Below are positions 11,428-26,779 of a DNA stretch of 64,000 nucleotides, piece after piece (position 1 is the first letter of the stretch; each line of letters begins with the position of its first letter). The translations under genes were made by a program, and so were the position numbers. Where the stretch lies: NCBI GenBank assembly GCA_020137815.1, contig CM035359.1:5146001-5210000 (forward strand), written 5' to 3'. The notes beneath the pieces were generated by a model. That model searched no databases, was not told the DNA's origin, and was given only the letters and a program-made list of their open reading frames with translations. This stretch comes from Hormiphora californensis (Eukaryota; Animalia; Ctenophora).

Positions 11428-14400
11428 TCAGTCCTCACACTCACTGACACCCCCATTCAGGTTGTAGATGTTGTGTCGCGGTCTTTCCGGTACTATCGGC
11501 TCGCACCTCATATAGTGGTCCGATTCCTGGTGGGGCGGGGGGGTATAATTTAATGGAACTTCAAGGGATTTTATATTGGCTTTGAATCAGATTAGTCGAC
11601 AAAGAAAAAAAAGAAATGAATATTGTTTCATGCTAAAATCAAATGAACACACACGGGGTAGGAAGGAGGGAGAGAATGATATGACAAAAAATAGGGTTAA
11701 AACCCTTTGCTTCATGAATATTATCGGACGATGAAGATTGAAATGCTTTCACACGGGCGTTCTCAGTTTGTCTGAAAATGTTTCAGCTTGAATAGCAATT
11801 TGGGGGAACACACACTCTCGCTCACCCGAATGTTATATGTAAACTATCTAGCTAGTTCATTACTAGCACGTAGGCAGATCGCTTATTTCACTGTTGAGTA
11901 CACTTGAGGACTGGGGAGGGGATTTAACTTTGGAGATGGGTTCGAGGAATGGGGAGGGGATTTAAATTTGGAGACGGGTTCGAGGAATGGGTCCAGGGGA
12001 ATAATATTTGGATCTGAATTTGATTCGCTCAAACCCTATTTTCCGGGTTCAAACAGTTCAAATTCCGAACTGTTTGAACCCGGAAAATAGGGTTTGAGCG
12101 AGTCAAGATATGAAAGCTATGAGAAATGTAGGTAGGGTATCATGCTGTGTCACTTACTATACTAGTAGCGTCATCCCCGCGATGGAAGGAGGCCGGACCC
12201 CCGCTAACAGGGGGTTGTGATGGATGTTGGGGTTTTCGAGTTCGTTGTGAGGGGTGCAGGAAGGTTGAATCGTCCGGCGGGGACCCTGACATTCCTGAGA
12301 TAGAATGGGGGAATTTAATGAACAATTTAGATCATATTTTTAAAATGCAGGTATGTAATTGTATGAATGAGAGAGACAGATAAAGACATGTCGAAAGTAT
12401 TGTGCTTTAAAAATGATTTGTCAATCTCGCATTAGTTATGCAAATACTGGAAATAGGGCTCGAAAAAATGCTTCTGCCAACAATTAAAGAAAATCTTATA
12501 TTTACAATCAACAGAAATTAGATGAGACATTCAAGGGGGTCGGCCAATATTGGCCTTGTATATGAATAGTGGTACACACACTATGAGACATTCAAAGAAT
12601 TAAAGTTAATGAAAAATTAAACAATCGAGAGCGGTAAATTATGAGCAAACTACTAACTCATAAACAGGATAGAACAATGACAGGTCGATGGATTTAAACA
12701 ACATAAAACAATAATTTGCTAAAAGTAATACAGTGACAATGATTTGCTATATAATACAATGACAATGTATACTGGGTTACATATATTAAATGACATTGGT
12801 TTGCTACAGGAACCGACCGAATCAGGAAATAATGGTCCCTGATTGGCTGATAACCAGTCACGTGACCTAAATAACGAGTTCTAATTGGTTGTTGACTTGT
12901 TTCGGTCGGTTCCTGGTTTGCTATAATGTTGGCTGCTACACAACGAACCCATGCGAGCGACGTCCATAAGGTCATCCTCAATATACCCACTGTGCCTTGG
13001 AGAAAACTCCCCTCCTCCTGCCCCACCGTGATCTTCCTCATCCTCCTCTAGGTACTTCTCAATGTCACTGTCACTACCCACCGAGGGCCCGGACACTGAG
13101 GCAGCGTCGGTTGAGCCACGGCCTGAGTGAGGGAGGGGTTAGGTTGGGTGTTGGGTATTATGAGATGAAGAGGAGAGAGAGAGGTAGATTACAACACATC
13201 ACATGCAGTTTAAATCCAGGGAAACATCTTTTTTGGGTGAAATACATTCAACTTGAACCCCTCACACAGCCCTATATCAGTAACAACTAACAACTTGTAG
13301 TTACTAAGAATGGGGCCACTATATAACACACAAAGAAAAGGGAAAGGTCGTACCTGAATCCTTACCGGATAGCTCCGAGTGTCCCCCGTCCTGCTGCTTT
13401 TTTCGAAGGTAATCTCGAACCTGGAATAGTGTTGTCAATAACATGTGACGACTATTGAAAACACGTTTTAAGAAGATCATTATAGAGTCTGCTAAACCCT
13501 GTCAGAATCAGTTTTACATACCGCGATGTTTCCATAAACCGGCTTAGCAGCGTTAGGATCTCGTTCTTTAGCTTTAGGTGCTACCTTAGCAACTGGCACC
13601 TCAGCACCTGATAATGTAGGACATGTTGTTAATATCAGAATTTGTTTTGTACAAACTCTTTTATTTTATTTTAACAGTCTAACTTGGCAAATCAGAATAT
13701 AGAACGTCTTGTAGTGGAAGACAAGGTTCAGGGTTTCTATCTCTTAGTATCAAGGCTGTTAAAATTACATACTACCCTATCATTTTACCATAAGATATTA
13801 TTACCTCGATCGTTTGATGTGGGGTTGACTACTTTATAACCATCCCTGGCATGTGGGAGACTGTAGGTTGCACTGAGACCTGTACTAGCGAGATCATCCA
13901 TTGAACTAGGAGGGGATAGGTTAGTTTCACTACCAATTATATCTAGTTTCACTATATCTACAAACTAACTAACAAACAACAAACAAAGCTACAAAGAACA
14001 CACGTGAAACTTAAAATCAAATCTCTAACCTCTGTTGACTAGAGTACCGGTGACTATCGACACTAATGTTACTGGGGCAGTATCCCGGCTGCATTCTGTT
14101 GTCCATGTGGTACGAATTCTGAAATAGTTAATTAATTAGTTAATTAAAACCGAGACTTGGAGTACAATTAAAATAGTTGCACACTGGTCAGTCAAACTTG
14201 ATAAGTGCTGAAATGGTATGCTTTCCATGCTGCGCGCGTGATGGCGCCCAACACCATGCTGCGCGCGCACCGTGATACCTATATCAGGGACTGGTACCCG
14301 CCCTCCCTGCCGACGGACCTCCCTGCCGACGGGTCGGCAGGGAGGTCATTCGGCAGGGAGGGCGGGATATAGGGGTATAATGTCCTACGTGCCGACGAGA

Positions 14401-17400
14401 TTGGGATGAGATCGCCGTCGGCACGTAGGACATTTGACCCCTATATTCCGCCCTCCCTGCCGAAAACTGACTCCGAGAGAGTATTCGGCAGGGAGGACAT
14501 TTACCCCTCCTATTCACCCTCTGTACCGACGATCGGCAGGGAGGATATTTCACCCCTCCTTTTACCCTCTGTACCGACGATCGGTAGGGAGGGCGTTTCA
14601 CTCCTTCTGTGAGCTCGAGAATTTGGCCGGCAGGCCAAATACGAAGAGTTCACTGTGTATTGTTCCTCTGAGTATCGTTAGGGTAAGGGTTAGGGTTAGG
14701 GTTAGGGTTAGGGCGGTGGTTAGGGTTAGGGTGGTGGTTAGGGCGGTGGTTAGGGTGATGGTTAGGGCGATGGTTTGGGTTATGGTTTCGTCGGCACAGA
14801 GGGTGAAAAGGAGGGGTAAATGTCCTCCCTGCCGATCGTCGGTAGTGAGGCTGAAAAGGAGGGGTAAATGTCCTCCCTGCCGACGGCCCTACTTGCCGAT
14901 CGTCGGTACAGAGGGTAAAAGGAGGGGTAAAATGTCCTCCCTGCCGATCGTCGGTACAGAGGGTAAAAGGAGGGGTAAAATGTCCTCCCTGCCGACCGTC
15001 GGCACAGAGGGTAAAAGGAGGGGTAAAATGTCCTCCCTGCCGACGGCCCTCCCTGCCGATCGGTAGGGAGGTCCGTCGGCAGGGAGGGCAGAAAATAGGG
15101 GTATAATGTCCTACGTGCCGACGGCGATCTCATCCCAATTTCGTCGGCACGTAGGACATTATACCCCCATATCCCGCCCTCCCTGCCGAATGACCTCCCT
15201 GCCGACCCGTCGGCAGGGAGGTCCGTCGGCAGGGAGGGGGTGACTCTCAGGGACTATCGTGAGGGACTGTGATTTGCGAAGTGACAAATGAATTATGAAA
15301 TATAAATCTGATCAACCCGTTAATTGCCAATTATAACAATGATCAGGGCTTGATTACAGTCTCGAAATCAGTGGAATCAATAAAAAATGGTTGAGGCTCC
15401 CTATAAATCAGAGATTAATCCTCCTCTCCTAGCACAAAGTGGTGCGAAAAGTAGCAGGAAATACATAACCCCACCCTATAATTTTACCTACTGGTAAATT
15501 ATTGCGAACACTGTACACATTTCTTGTGAGATGGATAGAGAGAGAAATAATGAATGACAGTCATGTGAATTCCCTCGGGGAAAGATCACTCTCTAAGTGC
15601 ATCTCAAGCCAAGGATCCACAAGTCTGCCAATTTACATAAATTACATCAGGAGCACATGACAGGGATATGTTACAAAGAGCACATGTTTGTTTTTTTCTC
15701 TGGTAAATCAATACATTCTCTATTTTATCAAGTCTATAAATTATTATGCAAGAAATGATCGATAATTTTAGTTTTTCATTCAATCAAAATGCACGGGATT
15801 TCATCATGTCATGTACCAAAGTGTTCTGGTAGGTATCCAAAGATTGGCCACGGGATAGGGAGCTTTCACGTGATGCCTGAAATTCGGAGTTTACTCCTTC
15901 ATAAATCTAACGACTCCTTTATAAATATTTTTCATGCATATCTGAATTTATATGGGGTTGTTTGTTTGTCGATGTGTACAACAATATATCTTTGACTCAA
16001 AGACAGAATAAACTAATTGTACCTAATTAGGCCTATCGTCATTCTGAAAAGGGAGAAATGAGAGAAAGATACAGAGGGAGTGAGAGAGAATAAATGTAAA
16101 AAGTAAAAACAGGCGTGTCGTTTACTGCAGTCAGTACATTCCGAAATACCCTCACCGCTGACTCTCTCTCACTATCTCTCTCTTTCACTCTCTCCCTCTC
16201 TCTCTCCTTCTCTCCCTATCTCTCTCCTTCTCTCCCTGTCTAACACGACAGGAATGCGGCGTTCTCCGCACAACAAGCTCCTGGTCTGCCTCACACACAT
16301 TGTATACCACCGCGACTAGTTTGTGAACATTTGATTGCATGTCACATCGACCCATATTTCTATCTCTCTCTCTCTATCTCTCTCTGTATCTTTTTCTATC
16401 TCCCTCTGATCTATCTCGGGTTCACAATATTTTAGCAAGCTCCTCTCATATATAATGCGTGTCTGATAAAAGAAAGTGAGATATAGAGAGAGGGAGAGAG
16501 CGAGAAAGGGAGAGAGAAGAATGAACATATTCATCGAAATATAGAGAGAAGGAAATTGAAACGACTGAATAGATGATAGAAAATGCACCAGCGTCAATGA
16601 AGCATGGCCATGATAATGATACTAATTCAATCAACCTGATCGGAATAAATTCTTCCAGTGATGAGATCTGAGTAAGAATTAATAAAATATGCAAAATGAA
16701 TCCGTGTCTTTCTTCTGCCGAAATGTGTGTCAATGACGATCTTATCACACATTTTGTTAGGGCGGGCCCAATAACAAAACAAAGTCTCCTTCATAAAAAC
16801 ATATGTTGAGAGGAACAGGGCGTACATAAACACACACAGGAGAAGGTTGCTCCTTCATAAAAACAGTCAGACAGCACACGTAGCAGAGGAGAGAGAGAGA
16901 CAGGGAGAGAGAGGGTGATTGAGGGAGACAGAGAGAGAAAATATCATAATAAGTTCAGCTAAAGGACACACGTCAAACACACTGCTCCTTCATAAAAAAC
17001 AGCTAATGGACGCATTGCTCCTTCATAAAGATAGATATGAACAGCAGACACACACACACACACTTCTCACCAAACTTCGTTGACTTCCATGCCTGCTATT
17101 CAGAACATTATGTCTTTCGGCTCCCTGCGTCAATAATACGGAGTGAGCGAGGGAGGAATGAAAACGACGATACGATATATCGATGTAAAAGATTCTGGTT
17201 CAATGAAAAAAGTGACAAATTGTGAAGTTAGGCTGATTTTGATAATCACGAATGCTGCCAATATGTAATTGATGGGTGCTCAGAAATCTGTGTTTGTCTC
17301 TTTGCTTTTCTTCCAGATTTTCTCTCCATGGGATCAGGCTGATAATCGTTGCTGCTATCACTCTTGAATCATATATTGGAGGAGAGAGGTGGATAATTTT

Positions 17401-17828
17401 GGCAATCACTCTCAATCCTCGGATCTTGTTTCTCTCATCTCACCGAAGTCTGATGATGGTGTTCCATTTTGGTGTTTTTACCGGCTCGTCTCGGAGACAC
17501 CACAGCCGGGTACCCGATATCCCCACTGTTTGGCCGACTTGTTGTTAGGCTGTGTTTACTGTTGCTCAAAGATCTGTTTATTCCACTTGTGACGTTTCGT
17601 GGGCTCGCCTATACATTGTGTGATTTGTGTGAGATGAATTGGGAACACGTTGTGACGTCACACATTACTAATGACGTCACATGCTTTTTGGAAGTGATGA
17701 AATAACAAAGTGGCGTTTGGGGAATTATCTAGAAGCTTTCCTGCAGTTCCCGACACGAAAAGCAAGGCACATTTTTACTGTTTACATCCATATCTCTCTC
17801 GTTCTTTCTTGCTCCCTCTCTCTCTCTA

Positions 17829-17871
<43 letters not shown>

Positions 17872-20481
17872 CTATCTCTCTCATTCCCTTGTCATGACAG
17901 GTGCAGACAGGCCTTCAAACCAACCAGTCTCCACACTGTTATAAAGTGAGTTTAACGCACGCAAACACAAATACAATCACACGTAAAAAACAAAGGAAAA
18001 CCGCGTTTGTTTTCCCCCGAATTCCCATACAACTAGTAGTGAGTAGTAATATAACTAGGAGGATGGTGAGAGTAGACGAAAAGGGGACAGAAATTGTACT
18101 TACGGGAGTTGATCGATTATCAAACATTCGCCCATCGTACGATCTGTTACTTCCCTGAAACAAAGAATAAACGGTTGAAGATTATTAAAATTATATAATT
18201 TATAATTTACAGATGGGAGGTTTACGAAACAGATTGTGATTACACAATTGATCAATTCCGACAAATCATTTTATAATCCACCCTGACCCCCAATACTACG
18301 TCACATTCCCTCTCAGTCGCAACAACCCTCAGTCCCCACGTTGAAAGAAATAAGGCGCCTTGGACGAGATTAATGAACAAATACTCCCGGCCTCTTAGGT
18401 CATATTCAATGTTTTCTCTCTTCTTTCTCTCACTTTCTCTCTCGCTTTTTCTTTCTCTTTATTTGACCTTCATTTTACACGCCAACTTCTACTAAGGCTA
18501 TCTCTTCCATATATAATGGAAGTAACATTGAAGTTGATGTACATTATCAAGCTGTACGTCTCCACTCACACCAAACTTTCTTATAACCTAACAAAGTTAC
18601 CACTGTCAGAAGGCAATGCTTACACGAGGTTGTCTCGCAGTGTGCACTATGGCTTCCAACCAAATTAAAACGGAATCAATATCCAGCATAACTTACTCCC
18701 CCGGTAACTTACTCATTCCCGGTTATCTCTATTGTTTCGAATACGTTTTGATGGATAGTTGCATGTACCGGGGAGAGTACACTGTACTCGCAGTACACAC
18801 TATACAGTACTACACAGATCTCTGCCTACTTTTGCAGCCCAACTTTCTCTCTTTTCCTAATTCCTCTCTCGCATTTTGCTTCTTTATTTTCTCTCTCTCG
18901 TATTCTTTGTGCGAGTGCCATTTAGAACAATGATTAGGGAAAGAAGTAAGACAGGATCAGCATGGTGAAAAGGAGGAAATGAGACGGAGAACCATCCAAT
19001 CATTATTCTATCTCTCTATCTTTATCTTTCTCTCTATCTTTCTCTCATAGAATGTATGTGATTACGAAACTTTTAAAGATGGACGTGGCGTTCCCGTGGC
19101 GTTCTCCGGTTGAGGTTACCAAAAACGATTGCTCCTCCAAAGACTACAAAGTCGTAGTCGAATGATAGACGTCATAGTTTCACTATTTCACTAGATCGAC
19201 TCGATGAGATTTTGGGAAAGCATGGTGGATAGAACTCTCTCTCTCACTAACGATCAGAAAGAGGCATATCCGTGTCAGGGACGGATCTCCCCCCCCCCCC
19301 CCCCCAATATTATTGTCCCTTGGACCATGTCGTACCGTGTGTCACCCTGCACAATAACTTGATCTACAGCATCATCAAGTCAATACCCCGTCAATACTCA
19401 GAGATATATATGAGGTATGTCTGGGTCGACACAGATGTTGTCTTCTCTCTTTTGAATAAATTGAATATCTTGCAGCCTTGCAATGGTATGTGCTTGCATT
19501 CAGTTATATTCCTGAGGGATTTGAGAAAAATAGAGACCAGCGGAGAAATATTTTACTAAGATACAAATTTCAGAAGGGATAGAAAGTTCAATAGATCTTT
19601 CTATCAGATCTAGATCTATAGAACTATCAAGAGTTCAATAGAATATCTAGATGGATGGATCTCTCTTGTTATGATGGAATGTTTGGATAGTATCTATTTG
19701 CATTAAAGATCAGCGTGTAGATCTATCCATTAAGCTCCTCTCTCCATGGCGTCACCCTCATAACAGTTCAATGCCTCCCCATCACATGATGGGTTTCCTG
19801 GTCCCTGATTGGTCCAAAACAGGTCACGTGATATAAATAGAGCCTTCCCATTGGCTGTGGGCGGTTTGAAGAAGAGGAAATGTGTAGAGAGCTGTCAGGG
19901 ATATATAGCACGTGGTGGTAATTGAGGGACCTGATTGGAGGAAAGAAGGAGGGCAGTTCTGAAAAGAAAGGAAAACCGAGGGACACCACCATGTACAGTT
20001 TGGGTGGGGGTGACAGGGAAATAACGGGGTGCGGGGGAGAGAGAGTGAGTGAATGGGAGAGAGTAAGTAAGAGAGAGTAAGACTTAAGAGAGAGAGAGAG
20101 AGGGGCCGTAGGAGATATAGGGAGATGTAGGTATGTAGTCGAGAGACTCAACTTACAGTTATAGGAAAAGCAGGGGCACACACCTCTTTCAAAGGGGGCA
20201 CACACCTCAAAGGGGGCACACACCTCTTTCTTTCAAAGATGACTCTAGAAGATACAGAACTGGTACTTTCTTCACTTTTCTGGCCCCTGATTGGTCCAAT
20301 AGAGGTCACGTGACTGTGCCATATATCTTCCTTTCACTTTCGCCTGTTTTTTACCAAACTCATATTGCCCAGCACTGTATTGTGTGCAGCAGACTGACGG
20401 TCTAAGCAAAGAAAACCACAGCGTTTTTAACAACAAAACACGGTCCTCCTTGTTCAGAGATACACGTGAGAGGGAGAAAGA

Positions 20482-20556
<75 letters not shown>

Positions 20557-21271
20557 AAAAGAGAAGGGTGAAAGAAACATGAAACACTTCGCAAGTTGCA
20601 GTTATCCAATTATCTACTACTGCACGTGAGATTTTGATGAAGGAGCATGCTGGATAAATACAAGGGTTGTTATGTTCGCACGGTGAGAGAGGGTCCAGCA
20701 AGGAGGGGGCGTGTGTGTGAAATTTTAGGGGCATGGCTCCTAACTTTTGTGTCTTTCACGCGTCCCAGCTACCATGGCTGGTGAAGAATGGCGACAGACG
20801 CATTTCATGCGTGTTCATTTTGGAATGGGGGAGAGAGAGAGAGATGGAGATAGATAGAGAGAGTGAGGGAGCTCCTACTACCTACAAAAACACGGCCACA
20901 CGCCCAGTATTATGAATGCACCAAATCATAATAATAAACATACTTCGAATTTTCTCTCCCCTAATTCTCTCCCTTTCTTCACTTTAATCTCTCTCAATGA
21001 CACACGTACCAGATCAGGACCTGTCGGATGTCATTGAGCCTCAGGGTTCACAAAGGTAGAAGGTTGGAATTTTAGTACTCACACTTCAAAAGATTGGTCA
21101 TTGGTTAAATTTACATTCTAAATTAGCACCAGTTTTTGCATCATTACTCTTTTCCATCCTTTGAACAAAACATCATCCAGGAAGCTTCCATTCATTGCAG
21201 ATCTTCCTTCTCTAACTCATGTTAACTCACACAATGCAGCAAGACAATTGATCTGATCCAGATATATAAAG

Positions 21272-21313
<42 letters not shown>

Positions 21314-23896
21314 GAGAGAGAGAACTCAGGCTCTAGAGATTCTCTAATGAGTCGTCTCATTTTCCTCCTATCTCTCTCTTCTCGCTTCTCTCTCTCCTTC
21401 CATCTCTCTCCTCGCCTCGCTCTGCTTCTCCCTCTTCTCCCCTCTCTCTCCCCCCCTTCCTCTCGCGTTCTTCATCTTAGTTTGGTGTAGTATACTTCAT
21501 CTGCTGTTCCAAGTCCCTTCCCTTTCCCATTCTTCAGTAATGCTGAGTTTATTTATTGGGTTGATAAAGTAAGAGGATAGGATGAAACCCATTCTCTCCC
21601 AGCTCATAAGGTAATTGTGGCTGGGAGTGATTTATTCGTAATACCGAATTAATATAATCTTTCTGTCTGAATAACTCACCTTAACCCGACAACCCATCTT
21701 CCTTTTTTTCATTACTCCTTTTACCTTCCCTTCCTCCCCTCTACTTAGATGTTCTTTTTCCCGCTCGTTCCCTCTAGTGATCGGTCGTCTCCCTTTTCGT
21801 CCAGATTTCTCTCCTGATGTAAGGACCCTCATCCACCGTCGTCGTCGTCACGGTGTCTGTAACTAATGAGAGGCACTACATCTACTACTGCAGCTGTTAT
21901 AGTAGTCATTTGTCCATCGTGGGGCGGATCAAGTATCCAATAGGGCCGGAGGATTGGGCGGAAGGATTCCATATAATCGAATAGAGGTGTGTTGCTTATA
22001 GCGACTCTTTAAAAGCCCCCATATCACTTTAATAAATGTCGACAAATTGAGCATTCTTTGGCACGTGTCACACAGTCCGTCCCAGACCAAGAAGAGACCT
22101 AACACAGATATATGTTAGGCTAACATGCCACCCACAAGATGAGACCTAACATGCCTGTGTGTTAGGTCAGACAGCAGTAGCACTTCTACAGCAGTAGACT
22201 GCAGGTGGCATTAGCAATATAGTTGACTCAGTACACCCCGTTAACTCGATCCAGATCCACACTATAATAGCAGCGAAGATGAAGTTCATCCTTTAGCCCT
22301 ATGGGTTGTACCGGCAGAATGGTTGGCATGTCAGGGCGTGTACCCAAACATACCCCCTCATATAATAATGCTGCATTTTATATGCAGTTATTACATCACC
22401 GATATAATTAGACTGATCAAGTTTCTTGAAGGAGAGTGTCTTCTCTATTGGTCACAACTGTAGAATCATAAATTCCACACACTCTCTTTACTGTTTACAC
22501 CTCAATCTCATTGACCACAACTGTGGAATCTGTTCTCGCTCAGTCACTTTAAATACATCACATGATATGTAATAAACTACTTCAAAATTTTACAGACCTT
22601 TGAATACAAGGAGCGGCATTCATACAGATTATATGAATACAAGGAGCGGCATTCATACAGATTGCAGACTTTTTAAATCTTCATGTGGGAGTTAGGTACA
22701 CAGTTTTCACAGCTTGTCGGCCTGTAATCTTTCTCTCCTAAGTCCCTATGTTACTCTATCTTTCTCTCTCCTTCTTCCATATATGACGTCAGCCATGATT
22801 GAAAGATTGAAAGGGAATAATTAAACAGATTCGTTAAATCTTGTCAGTACGTGCTCCATACCATTTTATATTGTGCTTTATTATTATTATGCACTCGACT
22901 GCTCTCCTTTAGACGGAAGTTTGAAGAAGAAAGAGAGAGAGAGGTTGCTTGCCGTTGCATCACTGTGTAAACACTGAAGAACACTTGCCCGAATGAACAT
23001 GATCATCAGAGCGGGGAGACCGAATGGAATTTAAATTCGACTTTATCTTCTTTTAGGCCAATAAACATAATATATAGGCTATAGCAGGCCAGAGAGACAG
23101 AGGGAAAAGTGAAAAGATGCAGTGCAGAGATACAATTTCCTGTAAATTTTTGCAAAACGGCGAAACCAAAACTTTCGTCTGTCAATGTGTGGTTACCCTT
23201 CACATGGTGATACTCATGGGAACTTTTACCTTTCTATCTTCCCCCCCCCTCTCTCTATTCATTCCTCCCTGAAATGTCTCACTTTCCGTTTCACCAACCT
23301 CAACAACTCCCCTTTTCGCGGTTTATCAAGGTCTAATATTAGTATTCCTGCACAGGGATACTCCATATAATATTTCCAGAATTTCATATAACTCAAAGCA
23401 TGCACAACTTCAAATTCCATTCCCTCATTTTCTCTCCCCGGCCCCCATGACCGACCAACCCGCCCCAACAGCAACAACATTCTGTCCTGTGAGAAATAGA
23501 TAATATCTTCATGCAAATATGACACGAAATAATTGGGGAAAAGGGTATTGAATCACCGGTTTAAAATTAATACGATCTAGATAATTACTCGTAGGGATTC
23601 TGGGGGTAGAACATTGTTTTTTTGTCATGCGAAAAGAAGGATGTCCAGAAGGCGGGGATAAAAAAATGAGACTTTATAAAAGATAGTAACCCCAGTACAG
23701 TGAAACCTCGATTTACCGGATATCTAGGGGGATACAAATTCTGTACGGTATATGGAGAGATTCCGGTGAATCGAGGGCTGACTGTGTGTTATAACAGAGA
23801 CTAGAGAGAAAGAGAGAGAAACATGGACAGATCAGATCTTACCATGGGACTCGACAGCCCGGAATTTCGACGTGGGGGCAAGTTGGGTGGGAAATC
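11428..23896 (-). CDS. Spliced exon series encoding a Tyr/Pro/Ser-rich region, probably the cytoplasmic tail of the upstream Ig-FN3 gene
   Basis: Phase-compatible GT-AG exons: 23896-23843 (DFPPNLPPRRNSGLSSPM), 18154-18104, ~14118-14030, ~13905-13805 (ATYSLP), ~13607-13522 (PVYGNI), ~13420-13366, 13122-12949, 12294-12158, 11526-11428 (ESDHYMRCEPIVPERPRHNIYNL...stop). Confidence 0.6.
12020..12106. mobile_element. Short palindromic (hairpin) MITE-like element
   Basis: TGATTCGCTCAAACCCTATTTTCCGGGTTCAAACAGTTC pairs with GAACTGTTTGAACCCGGAAAATAGGGTTTGAGCGAGTCA. Confidence 0.7.
12807..12915. mobile_element. 109-bp MITE, family CAGGAACCGACCGAA (hAT-like), copy 1
   Basis: 15-bp TIRs CAGGAACCGACCGAA...TTCGGTCGGTTCCTG. 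8-bp TSD GTTTGCTA. Confidence 0.92.
14293..15246. mobile_element. Foldback/Mutator-like element with long modular TIRs and a central (TTAGGG)n tract
   Basis: About 300-bp inverted arms built of CCCTGCCGAC-containing subrepeats. 9-bp TSD TCAGGGACT at 14284-14292 and 15247-15255. Telomeric-type repeats at about 14678-14781. Confidence 0.85.
23696..23785. mobile_element. Short Tc1/mariner-like MITE
   Basis: TA-CAGTGAAACCTCGATTTACCGG ... CCGGTGAATCGAGGGCTGACTG imperfect TIRs. Confidence 0.5.
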
Positions 23897-24514
23897 CTAA
23901 TTGTAATTTAAACGGAGTTACAAATCACAAACAAATCACTGGAGCGTGATATAATGAAGTGACAACTTGGTTTGTATTAGTTACACAGACGGTTACACAA
24001 AACTAATGGTTACACATCTCACGATTACAGCTTGGACATAATATTTGGATCGATTGGTATTTTTCAAATTAACAGTTACATAGACAAACAGTTTAACACC
24101 TCCTTCAGGAACAAAATGTAACGTTAGACCTCAAAATTATATCTCTCCTACATTTTATCTTTCTTCCACTCTCTCCCTTCAATTTTATCTGCCTCTCTCT
24201 TTCTTGCTTTATTTTTATGGCCAGGACTAGAGAGAAATTAGGAGTGATTTTATCACAATGTTGGGTACTCGTATTGTCAGATGAATGGAGCCGTTTGCCA
24301 TTACAAAAGAGACTGATAAAGCCAGATGGGAACTCTTATCTGGGAGCTCAAAAAGAGGGGAATTATTACCGTGTAAGTTGTTTAATCAATTCTTTGGAGT
24401 TGGGATGAGAGTACGCGATGAATCTTATTGAAACTCGTGTGTGTGTGGTCTGAAGACAACTAATTTGATAGTGAACAGTAGACATGCCCCCTACCAGGCA
24501 CACACCCAGTTTGG

Positions 24515-24849
24515 CCCCCATAAAAAAGTCGCTTGGCAAATTCCCTCGTCGCTCGGCAATTGGTTCGGCAACAACAGGTGGTTTGCCGAGCCAGTCGCTC
24601 GGCTAATCAAGGAAGTCTCCGTGATTTCACCGCGTTCTTACAGAAAAAGCACATTTTTTCAGCACTTTGTATTTTTCAGCAGGAGATTTTGAAAGAAAGT
24701 GCTGAAAAAATGTACTTTTTCTGTAAGAACGCGGTGAAAACACGGCGACTTCCTTGATTAGCCGAGCGACTGGCTCGGCAAACCACCTGTTGTTGCCGAA
24801 CCAATTGCCGAGCGACGAGGGAATTTGCCAAGCGACTTTTTTATGGGGG
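24515..24849. mobile_element. Near-perfect palindromic MITE (~150-bp TIRs, CCC termini)
   Basis: CCCCCATAAAAAAGTCGCTTGGCAAATTCCC...GGGAATTTGCCAAGCGACTTTTTTATGGGGG, with GG on both flanks (possible 2-bp TSD, EnSpm/CACTA-like). Confidence 0.85.
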
Positions 24850-26001
<1,152 letters not shown>

Positions 26002-26779
26002 GGGGGGTAGAGGGGTAGATTGTTAGCTTTTTAGAAACTCTGGAAGCATATTTTATAGTTTATAGTGAACTCCTGAGCGATTATGTAAGAGATAAGAGGG
26101 TACGAAACATACTTTTTTAATTCATTTATTTCCGTGCTAAAGGTGTGCCTAAACCGAAATCATACTATTATTAAAGCAAATAGGGAAATCCAGTGTAACG
26201 TTTTTTACCTTATATGGCATTTAGCACGTGCAGGTTTAGAGCCTAGAGGTGAACTGTGGAGTACTATTGGAGTGGGGCCAGGAGTCGGAGCCGTTGCCAA
26301 TGGCATGGTTGCTACTGTTATACTGCACGTGCACGTGCATTTGATCTTGCTTTAGTCTGTTTCACTGTTCCAGCTAATTATATGCTCTCTTCAACAACTC
26401 TTGATATACGACAGCGACAATTGGAGTTATTCACGCAAGATCTCACCGCTATTCTCTACTTTTCCATACACTGAGGGGTTCAAATGCAGCATCACCAAAA
26501 GAAGTGCAGAGAGAACGAACTAGACGTTAGAGGTTAAACAGAACCGATGATCAATCTCAGAGATTAAGGCAGATGAATACTGCAAGCAGACGAAATAGTA
26601 AGTTCTTTTATAACTTTGATCGCCGGATCATCATTTGACGTTCTGAAACCAGAAACTCGCAGCGATCCCGCCTGAGCTCCTTCTAAGGTACCGTTACTTA
26701 AGATGGGATAGTGCATGTCATTAGTTAGACTGATGATGTCAGTGTTCCCTATTCCAGCTACCAATACCATTTCCCCGAA

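Noticed and set aside
12694-13041. ORF containing QEPTETSQQPIRTRYLGHVTGYQPIRD
   Set aside because: This is the translation of the 109-bp MITE, which lies in an intron in my model.
14284-15133. ORFs of 68-210 aa, and CRISPR-like or true telomere interpretations
   Set aside because: The ORFs arise from TIR subrepeats and TTAGGG; there are no unique spacers or cas genes, and the tract is internal to an element with a TSD.
16636-16667. Possible 32-nt minus-strand micro-exon (DLITGRIYSDQ)
   Set aside because: Phase-incompatible with the flanking exons and the donor is weak.
17037-17705. Overlapping short plus-strand ORFs with exon-like acceptors
   Set aside because: No consistent spliced frame or recognisable domain could be built.
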